Made by a program: the position numbers and the translations under genes
Virus record (IMG/VR): IMGVR_UViG_3300033562_002694
Direction: 5' to 3' (one strand)
Length of the DNA stretch: 64,000 nucleotides
Source of the DNA: a virus
Shown: positions 1 through 9,654 of the stretch, one piece after another
How positions within the stretch are numbered: position 1 is the first letter of the stretch
How the letters are laid out: the number at the start of each line of letters is the position of its first letter
The notes under the pieces: generated by a model
Database searches by the model: none
Told to the model about the DNA's origin: nothing
The model's input: the letters and a program-made list of their open reading frames with translations, nothing else

Positions 1-1
1 A

Positions 2-2473
2 GTTGCACAATTAGGACGAAGAGGAGCATTAATGCTTACTTTGAATATGCGACATCCTGATTCACTTGAATTTATTACATCAAAACAAGATTTAACAAAA
101 ATCACAGGAGCAAATATTTCCATGTTGATTGATGATGATTTTATGGAAGCAGTTGTAAATAATTCCGATTATTTACTAACTTTTCCTATTGATATGCGAA
201 TTGAAAATTATGACATTAAACCTGAACTTTTTGGATATGATAAATTAATCTTTATTGAAGAAGGTGTTTATGTTAAGAAAATTCGTGCAATTGATTATTG
301 GAATGTTTTGATTGATTGTGCATGGAAAACTGCTGAACCTGGAATTATTTTTACAGGAAATTGGAGAAAAGGTGGAACTGATTGGGTTTATAAACAATAT
401 CGTCCAGTTTCGACAAATCCCTGTTTTACAGGCGAAATGGAAATTCTTACCGATGATGGTGAAGTTGATTTCGCAACACTTGAACAATTATGTTTGCCAA
501 AATGTGGAGTAAATTTCCCTTTAACTTTGATTAACAAATATGGGGAAGAAGTTCCTGGTAGAGTTTGGCGAACTGGAGTTAAAAAAATTATAACTTTGGT
601 TTTGGAAGATGGAACAGAAATTCGAGTCACTCCAAATCATATGTTTGAAACAATTGAAGAAGTTGAAATTCAAGCAAAAGATTCACACGGAAAATTTTTG
701 AATAATTTTGAAGGCGATGGTTTGGAAGTTGTGAAAATTATTGACAATGATGAATATACAGAAGTTTATGATTTTGAATTGAAAGATGAATGTCATTGGG
801 GTATTGTTCAAGGCGTTATTGCACATAATTGTTCCGAAATTCCAATGGAACCGTATAATGCATGTCGATTACTTGCGGTAAATTTATTCAAATTGATTGA
901 TCGACCATTTTTAACACAACAATCAAATGATTTTCAAAATTTATTTGAAAAAGCATATAATATTTTTTATGAACAAATAGTAGTTGGTGATTTATTGGTT
1001 GATTTGGAATTAGATTATATTGATAGAATTATTGGTAAGATTAATTCCGATAATTCTCCTCAAAATTTGAAAGATTCAGAAATATTAATTTGGCAAAAAA
1101 TCAATCGAGTAACCGTAAATTCTCGACGTATTGGTGCTGGATTTTCTGGATTAGGAGATTTATTAGCGGGTTTGAATTTGCCTTATTATTCTCCAGAATT
1201 TATTGCTAAGTTATTCAAAGTAAAACTAAAAGCTGAACTTGATGCAACAACTGATTTAGCGATTCTTTATGGAGCTTTTTCCGGATTTGATCCTGAATTG
1301 GAAAAAATGTCAATTTACATGCATGATGTTATTTCTATTGAATTTCCTGAACAATATCAAAAAATGTTGAAATACGGGCGAAGAAATGTTTCTTGGTCAA
1401 CTGCGGCTCCTAATGGTTCAGGAGGTATTGTTGCTCAAATAACGTCAGGAATTGAACCGATTTTCAAAGCTTTTTACAAAAGAAGAAAAAAATGTATTAC
1501 TGAAACTGATCGTATAGATTATATTGATCCAGCGGATAATCAAAAATTTTCCGAATATTTTGTTTTACACCCAAAATTCATTGAATGGTATAAAATCAAA
1601 TATTCAAATGAATGTAGTATTGAAGAAGTAAAAAATATACTTGAGAATTTGGATGAAAAATCTTTGATTTCAAGATTTGAATCAAGTCCGTGGTATAAAA
1701 ATACTGCTGATGATTTGGATTGGAAACAAAGAGTTGAAATTCAATCAGTTGTACAAAGATATACTACTCATGCGATTTCTTCAACAATAAATTTACCAAC
1801 AGATATTGAAAAATCAGTTATTGGTAATATTTATATGGAATCATGGAAAAAAGGATTGAAAGGAAATACTGTTTATCGTGATGGTTCAAGAAGTGGTATT
1901 TTGGTAAGTTCTGATAAATATAAAGAAAAATTAGAAGAATTTGCGAAATCATTTATTCCGTTAAAATCTGTAAAACGTCCTAACTCTCTTTTAGCACATT
2001 ATCATACTTTACCATATAAAAGTCAAATTTATTCGATCATTATTGGATTTTTAGATAATCGTCCTTATGAATTATTCATTATTTCTGGTGTTGCGAACTT
2101 ACCCCAAGTAATTGGAGATTCACATGAATTTATTGAAGGAGAAATTATCAAAGAATCTAAAAATTGGTATAATTTTGTTTCCGATACTTTTATTGTTAAA
2201 GAAATTACTGATGTTGAACATGATGAAAAAATGTTGTCAATTTTAGTTTCAGGATTAATGAGTCATCGGACTCCAATGCCAACAATTATTAAAATTCTTG
2301 ATAAAACAAAACCAATTGCAGGTAGTTTTACACACAGATTGATAAAAATTCTTAACAATTATATTGTTGATACTGAAGTTACAACAAAAGAACTTTGTCA
2401 AGTTTGTGGTAGTGAATTAACACATAAAGAAGGTTGTGTAATATGTGAAGTTTGTGGTTGGGAAAAATGTTAA
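2..2473 (+). CDS. nrdJ: Class II (B12-dependent) ribonucleotide reductase, 5'-truncated by window edge, intein-containing
   Basis: Frame is open from the window start (VAQLGRRGALMLTL). Motifs AEPG, TNP/CSE, RRIGAGFSG, STAAPNG, SGIEP, ISSTINLP, KGNTVYRDGSR, and a C-terminal CxxC..CxxC Zn ribbon. Confidence 0.93.
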   Translation, partial: VAQLGRRGALMLTLNMRHPDSLEFITSKQDLTKITGANISMLIDDDFMEAVVNNSDYLLTFPIDMRIENYDIKPELFGYDKLIFIEEGVYVKKIRAIDYWNVLIDCAWKTAEPGIIFTGNWRKGGTDWVYKQYRPVSTNPCFTGEMEILTDDGEVDFATLEQLCLPKCGVNFPLTLINKYGEEVPGRVWRTGVKKIITLVLEDGTEIRVTPNHMFETIEEVEIQAKDSHGKFLNNFEGDGLEVVKIIDNDEYTEVYDFELKDECHWGIVQGVIAHNCSEIPMEPYNACRLLAVNLFKLIDRPFLTQQSNDFQNLFEKAYNIFYEQIVVGDLLVDLELDYIDRIIGKINSDNSPQNLKDSEILIWQKINRVTVNSRRIGAGFSGLGDLLAGLNLPYYSPEFIAKLFKVKLKAELDATTDLAILYGAFSGFDPELEKMSIYMHDVISIEFPEQYQKMLKYGRRNVSWSTAAPNGSGGIVAQITSGIEPIFKAFYKRRKKCITETDRIDYIDPADNQKFSEYFVLHPKFIEWYKIKYSNECSIEEVKNILENLDEKSLISRFESSPWYKNTADDLDWKQRVEIQSVVQRYTTHAISSTINLPTDIEKSVIGNIYMESWKKGLKGNTVYRDGSRSGILVSSDKYKEKLEEFAKSFIPLKSVKRPNSLLAHYHTLPYKSQIYSIIIGFLDNRPYELFIISGVANLPQVIGDSHEFIEGEIIKESKNWYNFVSDTFIVKEITDVEHDEKMLSILVSGLMSHRTPMPTIIKILDKTKPIAGSFTHRLIKILNNYIVDTEVTTKELCQVCGSELTHKEGCVICEVCGWEKC
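422..829 (+). mobile_element. Mini-intein (136 aa, no homing endonuclease) in NrdJ
   Basis: Begins CFTGEMEILT (block A), has RVTPNH (block B TxxH), ends VYDFEL...GVIAHN followed by +1 Cys. Removal restores STNP-CSE. Confidence 0.92.
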
Positions 2474-2491
2474 ATCTTAAGAAAAAGAAAA

Positions 2492-3013
2492 ATGAAATAT
2501 CCAATATCACCAAATGAATTTTTTTTAATCGGATTGGTAATTCTTTCGATAATTATTCAAATAATTTTAGCAATAATTGTTGTTAAATTTTTTGTTGAAA
2601 AACACAAAAAGTATTTGAATTCTCTTTCTTCGATCAAAATAAATGAATTAAAATCAGATGTTGGACGACTTCAACGTTATTCGTTAATTAAAAACTTAAA
2701 CCTTATGAAAAAATTTGTTGGCTGGTCAATTCTTTTAATTATTATTGCGATAATTGGAATTGCCACAGTTATTGTGATTGATTCACGAGAATATTTTACT
2801 GATTATTTTGAAGTTCAACGAAAAGAATTAAATCTTCGTTCTGAAGCTTCTGTTGATTCTCTTCAACTCATCATTAGTAAACAAATGAAAACTACTGATA
2901 GTTTGAAAATTGTTAATATTGGAATAAATCAGTTAAATGAAATGTTACAAAGGAATTTAACAGATATGAAAAAAGAAATTCAACTTTTAAATGAACAAAA
3001 AATAAAACAATAA
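2492..3013 (+). CDS. Membrane protein (2 hydrophobic segments, coiled-coil C-terminus); possible lysis accessory
   Basis: Two ~22-aa hydrophobic stretches; directly upstream of a transglycosylase. Confidence 0.5.
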   Translation: MKYPISPNEFFLIGLVILSIIIQIILAIIVVKFFVEKHKKYLNSLSSIKINELKSDVGRLQRYSLIKNLNLMKKFVGWSILLIIIAIIGIATVIVIDSREYFTDYFEVQRKELNLRSEASVDSLQLIISKQMKTTDSLKIVNIGINQLNEMLQRNLTDMKKEIQLLNEQKIKQ

Positions 3014-3034
3014 TAAATTAATTGATTTTATCAA

Positions 3035-3064
3035 AAACCCCGGAAATAAAAATTTCTGGGGTTT
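3035..3064 (+). terminator. Rho-independent terminator-like hairpin
   Basis: aaaccccggaaat-aaaa-atttctggggttt followed by a T-rich tract. Confidence 0.6.
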
Positions 3065-3088
3065 ATTGTTTTACTTAAATTTACACTA

Positions 3089-3553
3089 ATGAAACAAGAA
3101 AAACTCAAAATATTATTGGTTTTATTATTTTTAATAATTGGTGTTAATTATTTCCCTAACGAAATAAATAAACTTCAATTAAAAACTAATGATGAACTAA
3201 TCGAAATTGAAAAAGAAAAAGAATGGAATTATTTGATATTGTCAATAATCCATATTGAATCAAAGGGGGATAATTTTGCTATTGGGCAATTAAATTCTAT
3301 TGGTTGTTTACAAATAACACCAATTTATGTAAAAGAAGTCAATCGAATTTTAAAAAATAATGAAATTTATAAAAAATATGAATTAATTGATCGATTATCA
3401 AGAAAAAAATCTATCGAAATGTTCAATATTATGAATAATCATTATAATCCGAATAAAAATATTAACAAAGCAATAAAAATGCATAATCCTCGTGCTCCAA
3501 AATCATATCGAAATAAAATCCTGATCCATATGACAAATTTATACAATCTATAA
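3089..3553 (+). CDS. SLT-like lytic transglycosylase with N-terminal membrane anchor
   Basis: IIHIESKG (catalytic Glu) and SIGCLQIT motifs; hydrophobic N-terminus. Confidence 0.75.
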   Translation: MKQEKLKILLVLLFLIIGVNYFPNEINKLQLKTNDELIEIEKEKEWNYLILSIIHIESKGDNFAIGQLNSIGCLQITPIYVKEVNRILKNNEIYKKYELIDRLSRKKSIEMFNIMNNHYNPNKNINKAIKMHNPRAPKSYRNKILIHMTNLYNL

Positions 3554-3574
3554 ATTAGTATTTTTATGGATATA
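3547..3574 (+). promoter_or_regulatory. Phage bipartite promoter-like motif
   Basis: TCTATA-N15-GGATATA upstream of ORF 3594. Confidence 0.6.
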
Positions 3575-3593
3575 TTAATAAAATTAAGAACAT

Positions 3594-3950
3594 ATGAATT
3601 TAGCAATAATTGGTTCACGAGATTTTAATGATTATTCATTACTTAAAAGAAAAGTAGATGAAATAATTCATGAAAAAAATTTTATTGTTAAAAAAATAAT
3701 TTCGGGTGGTGCTCGAGGAGCTGATACTTTGGCTGAAAGATATGCGAGAGAAAATTCAATTCCAATTGAAATTATTAAACCTGATTGGAGTAAACTTGGC
3801 AAAAAAGCTGGAATTTTGAGAAATACGGCAATCATAGAAAAAAGTGATATTGTTATTGCTTTTCATGATGGTCAAAGTCCAGGAACTGCCGATTCAATTA
3901 AAAAAAGTATTAAAAACAATAAACAATTATTTGTAATCCGATGGAACTGA
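3594..3950 (+). CDS. SLOG-superfamily protein (DUF2493/YspA-like)
   Basis: LAIIGSRDF, ISGGARGADTLAE, GILRN, IAFHDGQSPGT motifs. Confidence 0.85.
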   Translation: MNLAIIGSRDFNDYSLLKRKVDEIIHEKNFIVKKIISGGARGADTLAERYARENSIPIEIIKPDWSKLGKKAGILRNTAIIEKSDIVIAFHDGQSPGTADSIKKSIKNNKQLFVIRWN

Positions 3951-4450
3951 TGCAACAAAAATTTGATGTGAAAATGTTAAAAATTGCTTTTGAATCAGCA
4001 CAAGAATCAAAAGCAGAAAAAAGACAAGTAGGAGCTATTGTTGTTGATATGGCAACTTTATTACCTATAAGTTACGGACATAATAAAATGTATCACGAAT
4101 TACGTGAGAAAAATTGTGAAAATGAATTCGGTGAAACATATGAATGTGTTTTGCATGGTGAAGAAGTGGCTATTTTTAATATGATAAAATTACCCAATTA
4201 TTCCAAAGAAATTTCAAAACATCAGAAAACATTATATTGCACTTACAGTCCTTGTATGAATTGTTGTAAATTGATTGTGAATGCTGGAATAAAAAGATTG
4301 GTTTATTGTGATGAACATAAATCTAATTTCGTAACTTCAGAAATAATTAACGGTTATAGTCCGAAAGATTTTCTTGAAGAAATGGGTGTTAGTATCACAA
4401 GAATTAATAAAGCAACTGTTTTTGGTAATACACATAAATTTAGAAAATGA
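3941..4450 (+). CDS. dCMP deaminase / cytidine deaminase family
   Basis: RQVGAIVV, HGEE and SPCMNC Zn-binding motifs. Confidence 0.88.
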   Translation: MELMQQKFDVKMLKIAFESAQESKAEKRQVGAIVVDMATLLPISYGHNKMYHELREKNCENEFGETYECVLHGEEVAIFNMIKLPNYSKEISKHQKTLYCTYSPCMNCCKLIVNAGIKRLVYCDEHKSNFVTSEIINGYSPKDFLEEMGVSITRINKATVFGNTHKFRK

Positions 4451-5493
4451 AAAATACAATTCCAAAAAAATTAGCACTTATTCATCATATTGATAATGAT
4501 GGATTAATGTCAGGATATTTATTATCTCTGTATTATCAACAAGAAATTCAAAAAGGTTCAGCTGTTTTAATTCCATATAATTATACAGTTTATGAATCTT
4601 GGATGATTGATGATTCTTTTACAGAATATGTTTTTGTTGATATTACACCGCCTTTGGATTGGATAAAATCAAGAAAAAAAGAAATTCTTAAAGGAAAAAT
4701 TAATGTAAGTATTTACGATCATCATTTGGCCAAATATCAAGAAATTGAAAAATTGTTGTTATCAAAAGGTTGGGAAAAACTAAACAGTTTTGTTTTCAAA
4801 TACATATTTGATGAAACAAAATCAGGTTGTAAAATACTTGCTTTGTCGCTTGGGTTCAAAAATGTAAATGGCTTTTCTTTTGAAGAACAGGAAAACATTG
4901 AAAAATTAAAATTGTTAATCGATATAATTTCCGATTATGATACATGGGTTTTTACTTCGAATGAATATGTAGGTCGAAAGTTTAATGAAAATGATACATA
5001 TATGGGAATTGTAAAAGATGATATTCTTGCAATCAATACACATATGATGGATTTTAAAGATTTGACAAGTTTTTCAAAATTGATTAATTCAATAATTGAC
5101 AAATCTTTTTTTCAAAATGCAATATTTGAATTGATTTACGAAGGAAAACAAAAAATTAATCAAATCATAATTGAAAACGAAGCAAAAATTCGAAAAGGAT
5201 ATTATTCGCAAGAAAAGAAAATATTTATTTTTGAAGGTTATCCAAATTATTGGATTAGAAAACAAATTGAATCAAAATATCCTAATTGTATTTATTGGAT
5301 TGGTTATATAATCGATTTAGCAAAACCTCTAATCAAATTTAGTATTCGTAGTGAAAAAGCAAATGATTGTGTTGAAATTGCAAAATTTTTTGATGTAAAC
5401 GGTGGTGGACATTCAAAAGCAAGCAGTTTTACTTTGTCATTGTCTAATGGATTTAATTTTTTGTGTTGTCCCGAAATTTTTTTCAAAGTATAA
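4447..5493 (+). CDS. DHH/DHHA1-family phosphoesterase
   Basis: HHIDNDG, FVDI, YDHH, DYDTW, FSIRS and GGGH motifs. Confidence 0.85.
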   Translation: MKNTIPKKLALIHHIDNDGLMSGYLLSLYYQQEIQKGSAVLIPYNYTVYESWMIDDSFTEYVFVDITPPLDWIKSRKKEILKGKINVSIYDHHLAKYQEIEKLLLSKGWEKLNSFVFKYIFDETKSGCKILALSLGFKNVNGFSFEEQENIEKLKLLIDIISDYDTWVFTSNEYVGRKFNENDTYMGIVKDDILAINTHMMDFKDLTSFSKLINSIIDKSFFQNAIFELIYEGKQKINQIIIENEAKIRKGYYSQEKKIFIFEGYPNYWIRKQIESKYPNCIYWIGYIIDLAKPLIKFSIRSEKANDCVEIAKFFDVNGGGHSKASSFTLSLSNGFNFLCCPEIFFKV

Positions 5494-5519
5494 AAATAAA
5501 ATTATTTTTTGATTGAAAG

Positions 5520-5547
5520 CCTATATTGTATAATATTATGGGATATA
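5520..5547 (+). promoter_or_regulatory. Phage bipartite promoter-like motif
   Basis: CCTATA-N15-GGATATA. Confidence 0.7.
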
Positions 5548-5601
5548 TTATAGGTAAACATAAACAATCCATAATTTTCTAATTCAAATTTCTAAACAAT
5601 T

Positions 5602-6438
5602 ATGATTAATCCAAAAACAGATGTTTATTCGACTAACGTTGAAAAACCAGTAATCAAAGAAAAACCTGCTCCAGTTTTCCAAAAAATTTCTGAAGAAACT
5701 CTTGCTTATTCTTTTCTTGAAAATTTACCGGAAAAAACCAAAATTTGGGAAACAGACCCAAAAATCGTTCAACTCGCATATGATAAAATTATTGTTTTGT
5801 GGAACAAAGATCAAAAATCAAGAAATTTTTTGAAACATTTGATCGCTGCTTTTTTGCCTTATGACCCAATGAGTAGAATGATGAATCTTGGAGGAAAAGA
5901 CATTTTTTGTGCGATTACAAATTTGAAAATGACTGGTATTCGTGAAGTTAGTGAACATTATGGAGTTCTTTCAGTCAAAAATTTGATGTTGAATGCAAAT
6001 CGAATAGTTACAGGAGAAAATCCTACTTCAGAATCTGAAGAAAAAATTAAAGAAATTTCAGCTGAAATAAAATCAAAAATTTCAGATATGCCTGAATCTG
6101 TCCGAGAAGTTCGTATTGCTGTTGGATCAGATAATTCCGATAAAATGTTGATTGTTGAAACAATTATGGCATTACTTCATTTTTCCCAAAATTTAATTTT
6201 GCAAGGAAATAAAGAATTAAATTTTTTGTTGAAAAAATCAATGCTAAACAGATTTCAGGAAGAAAAACAACAACCAGAAGAAGAAAAGTTAACTCCTGCT
6301 GAAGTAAACAAATTAGCTGGAATGACTGTTTATGGAATTCACACTATTATTCCTGAAAAAACAATGTCAGCGCTTGAAAAGTTGAAAAAACAAATGGAAA
6401 CTGAAGAAGAAAAACAATTAAAACAAAGCCTTAAATAA
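5602..6438 (+). CDS. Hypothetical protein
   Basis: 278-aa ORF with genome-typical codon usage, downstream of a promoter motif. Confidence 0.75.
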   Translation: MINPKTDVYSTNVEKPVIKEKPAPVFQKISEETLAYSFLENLPEKTKIWETDPKIVQLAYDKIIVLWNKDQKSRNFLKHLIAAFLPYDPMSRMMNLGGKDIFCAITNLKMTGIREVSEHYGVLSVKNLMLNANRIVTGENPTSESEEKIKEISAEIKSKISDMPESVREVRIAVGSDNSDKMLIVETIMALLHFSQNLILQGNKELNFLLKKSMLNRFQEEKQQPEEEKLTPAEVNKLAGMTVYGIHTIIPEKTMSALEKLKKQMETEEEKQLKQSLK

Positions 6439-6455
6439 AAAATAAAATAAACTCA

Positions 6456-8294
6456 ATGAATAAAGAAAATATTATTTCTCGGTTCAGTAAAGTTTTAACT
6501 TCCGGCCAATTGTCGGAAGTTATTCTTTATTTTGAAGCATCTGAAGCTTATTATGGCAAAGATATTGAAAAAGAAGTTTTTATGTCTGATTCTGAATTTG
6601 ACGAATTAGCAGAAAAATTATTAAAGTACAATATTCCGGAAGTAACTCGTATCATCAAAAAAACCATTTATCGTGGAGATTCTGGACTTACAGAAGTTAC
6701 AGAATATACGCAAGAAATGATTAGTTTGGAAAAACTAAAATATAAAGATCGTTCATCAATTTCAGAAATAAAAAAATATTTTCCAATTGATAAAATATTA
6801 AGTCGCGCTCCTAAATTTGATGGGGCAGCTTTGAAGATTATTTGGAATTTTTCTGATGAATCAAATCCGGTTATTCAACAAATACTTAGTCGTGGTGGAT
6901 TAGATGTAACAGATTTATTTAAAAATCATTCAGATATTCTCAGAACAAAAAAATACCGCAAAAAAATAATTGCGGGTGAATTAGTTATTGCGAAAAAAAC
7001 TTTTTTAAATAAATATTCAACAGATGCTGGAGGAGATTATGAAAATCCTCGTAATTTTGTTGGGGCTTTAATTAAACAGAAAGAAATTAAAAAAGAAATT
7101 TTAAATGATTTGAATTTTATTGAATGTACCGATGGAATTAATCAATTACCTAACAATATTTGGGAAAAAATAACTAATCAGGATTTTTATAATCTTGAAA
7201 AATTAATTGCTTTTTATAAATCAGAAGATTTCCCTTATTTGTGTGATGGAATTGTTTTAGCTTATATTGAAGAAGGAGAACGAAAAGTTAAAAATAATTA
7301 TCCTTTGAATATGTTGGCTATTAAATTTCCAGCAACAAGAGCAAAAACAATTGTAACTGGTTTTGAATGGACACAAAAAAAATCAGGTAATTTGACTCCA
7401 AAAGTAATGGTAAAACATGTAAAACTTGATGGTTCTACAATTACTTGCGCAAATGGGTATAATTATCAAAATTTGATCGATAAACATTTAGGAATTGGTT
7501 CTGAAATTGAAATTGAAAAAAGTGGAGATATAATTCCTGTTGTTGTTAAAGTTCTTACTCGTTCAAATAATATTTCTCTTCCTGATTGTGAATATCGCAA
7601 AGAAGGAAAACATTTGAAAGCAATGGATATGGAGGAATCAAGAAAATATCGTTTTATTCTTGGTTTGAAAATCCTTCAATTAGATGGAATTGGAGAAACT
7701 CTTGCAGAAAAAATTGGAGCAGAAGTTGATTATGAAATATTGGATTTATTCAATAAATCAAACAAACCAAAAATTTGCGATATTCTTGGAGGTGGTGTAA
7801 ATTGGCAAAAATTTTCTCGAATTTATGAAATTAACACATTGCACCTCGACACATTAATTTCTATTCTTCAATTCAATCGTGTTGGAATTGTTATTGCTAA
7901 AAAAATCGCAATGATAATAACAAAAAAATCTCAAGATACTTCAAATATTTCTATTGAAATTTTAAATAATGTTTGTCGTGGAGAAGGATTCAAAAGAATT
8001 ACAGATGCAATATATTTCTTAAAAACACATAATGTTAAGGTACTTGCACCTGTTGAAATTAATGAAGAAAGTGTTACGTTTGAAATGACACAAGATCCTG
8101 TTGGAATGACGAAAGCAGTATTTGAGAAAAAATTTAAAGAATTATTTCCAAATTCGATTCATACAACATTAACAAAAGATACAAAATATTTGTTCTGTTC
8201 AGATATAAGTATCAATACGGGAAAATTAAATAAAGCACGAAAATATAATATCAAAATTGTTACTTATTTGGATGCTTTGGAAGGAAAACTTTAA
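6456..8294 (+). CDS. ligA: NAD-dependent DNA ligase
   Basis: SDSEFDEL, MISLEK, PKFDG adenylation motif, YENPRNFVG, CDGIV, AIKF, KSGDIIP, C-terminal BRCT-like segment. Confidence 0.92.
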   Translation: MNKENIISRFSKVLTSGQLSEVILYFEASEAYYGKDIEKEVFMSDSEFDELAEKLLKYNIPEVTRIIKKTIYRGDSGLTEVTEYTQEMISLEKLKYKDRSSISEIKKYFPIDKILSRAPKFDGAALKIIWNFSDESNPVIQQILSRGGLDVTDLFKNHSDILRTKKYRKKIIAGELVIAKKTFLNKYSTDAGGDYENPRNFVGALIKQKEIKKEILNDLNFIECTDGINQLPNNIWEKITNQDFYNLEKLIAFYKSEDFPYLCDGIVLAYIEEGERKVKNNYPLNMLAIKFPATRAKTIVTGFEWTQKKSGNLTPKVMVKHVKLDGSTITCANGYNYQNLIDKHLGIGSEIEIEKSGDIIPVVVKVLTRSNNISLPDCEYRKEGKHLKAMDMEESRKYRFILGLKILQLDGIGETLAEKIGAEVDYEILDLFNKSNKPKICDILGGGVNWQKFSRIYEINTLHLDTLISILQFNRVGIVIAKKIAMIITKKSQDTSNISIEILNNVCRGEGFKRITDAIYFLKTHNVKVLAPVEINEESVTFEMTQDPVGMTKAVFEKKFKELFPNSIHTTLTKDTKYLFCSDISINTGKLNKARKYNIKIVTYLDALEGKL

Positions 8295-8306
8295 AACTTA
8301 AATCTT

Positions 8307-8468
8307 ATGAACAAGATTAGTAATTTTTTTTCTGTCATATTAATAATAATTGCTTTTATTGGTTATGAACTAAAATCCATTTTTAGTGATTGGTTTTTTT
8401 GGGGTTTATTGTTTTTAATGTTTTTCTTTTTAATAGCGATTTTTACATTTTTTATTTATACGATTTAA
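8307..8468 (+). CDS. Small hydrophobic membrane protein (53 aa, not in ORF track)
   Basis: Manual translation MNKISNFFSVILIIIAFIG...; ends at TAA immediately before a terminator hairpin. Confidence 0.5.
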   Translation: MNKISNFFSVILIIIAFIGYELKSIFSDWFFWGLLFLMFFFLIAIFTFFIYTI

Positions 8469-8507
8469 AGAAAAATCCAGAGTTATTCAAAACTCTGGAT
8501 TTTTCTT
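8468..8507 (+). terminator. Terminator hairpin
   Basis: aagaaaaatccagagtt-attca-aactctggatttttctt-type inverted repeat followed by T-run. Confidence 0.65.
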
Positions 8508-8586
8508 TTTATTTGAATTTTTTCAGATTTAGTTTTTCAATTATATTGATTTTAAATAAACAAAATTTATTATTTTGGTCTGAATG

Positions 8587-8614
8587 CTTATATTTTAAAA
8601 AAAAAGTGGATATA
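8587..8614 (+). promoter_or_regulatory. Phage bipartite promoter-like motif
   Basis: CTTATA-N15-GGATATA preceded by TTTTGGTCTGAATG. Confidence 0.7.
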
Positions 8615-8670
8615 ATTAAAGATAAGAACAAAACTATTTAATTTTCTAACTTAAAATTCTACGCCTAACA

Positions 8671-9612
8671 ATGGAAGTACTAAATTTCTCTAACTTGGAA
8701 AGTCAAGTTTTAACAGCTTTTAATCAACAAAAACGAACCTTTGAGTCTTTACTTGATTCAGTTTCACTTAATGAAAAAAGTTTAACAAGTATATTGGAAG
8801 GATTAATATCCAAAAATATATTGAATTTTAACACTGTAACAAGAGAGTATAATTATCAAACCAAAGTAAATGGAGAAATTGTTATTCTTGATGGTAATTT
8901 ATTATTACCAACAACAATAATAAAAATGAAAAATAAAATGTATGTTACAAGAGGAGAATGGTATGAATTTCCACTTGATTTTGACATTCGCAGAATAATT
9001 TGGAATGTTAAATTAGAATCAAAAACAAATTCAACATTAGTGGATTTGATTCGAACATCTGTTTTAAAAGAGAAAAAATCAAAATTGGTACAATTACCCG
9101 AATATCAAAATTTAGTTGGAAAAATAGTACCATATTCATCCAAAATAGGACTATTAATAAATTGCATTGGAGAAGAAATAACCGATATATCAATAATTTT
9201 TAAAATTAAAATCGGAACAGATATTTCTATTGAACACCGAGGATTTACTGTTCGTACTGAAATTTTAACATCAGAATTAATAAGTCAATTAAAAATGCCA
9301 ATGGCTGAAAGAAATTTCAGTAGTGGAATTAAATTGAATCAAATTTTTAATTTTTCTGATTTTATTTTTTCTAAAAATGAAATTCCTGTTTCAATAACAG
9401 AAAACGAATTAAATTTCATAAAAATAACGGGTATCAAAAAATCATTTGAATTAACTTATTTCAAAATTGATATTACTGGAAATGTTAAAAAAATAGATGT
9501 TGAAACATTTGAAGATTCTGGAGAAGGAATTGATAAACTGCGTGATATTTTTAGAGGTTTACCAACATTAATTTTATCTGAAAGTAATTTTTTGTCAGAA
9601 ATGGCAGAATAA
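8671..9612 (+). CDS. Hypothetical protein, possible N-terminal winged helix
   Basis: N-terminal ~60 aa pattern (RTFESLLDSVSLNEKSLTSILEGLISKNIL) resembles wHTH; unverified. Confidence 0.6.
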   Translation: MEVLNFSNLESQVLTAFNQQKRTFESLLDSVSLNEKSLTSILEGLISKNILNFNTVTREYNYQTKVNGEIVILDGNLLLPTTIIKMKNKMYVTRGEWYEFPLDFDIRRIIWNVKLESKTNSTLVDLIRTSVLKEKKSKLVQLPEYQNLVGKIVPYSSKIGLLINCIGEEITDISIIFKIKIGTDISIEHRGFTVRTEILTSELISQLKMPMAERNFSSGIKLNQIFNFSDFIFSKNEIPVSITENELNFIKITGIKKSFELTYFKIDITGNVKKIDVETFEDSGEGIDKLRDIFRGLPTLILSESNFLSEMAE

Positions 9613-9654
9613 TTTTGAAATAAATTAATAGTTAACATTAAAATTTTTGATCAA

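Noticed and set aside
422-829. Homing endonuclease within the intein
   Set aside because: Only 136 aa, with no LAGLIDADG or HNH motifs.
8390-8641. 83-aa ORF in the ORF track
   Set aside because: Runs through a terminator and a promoter motif; a better ATG-started ORF exists at 8307..8468.
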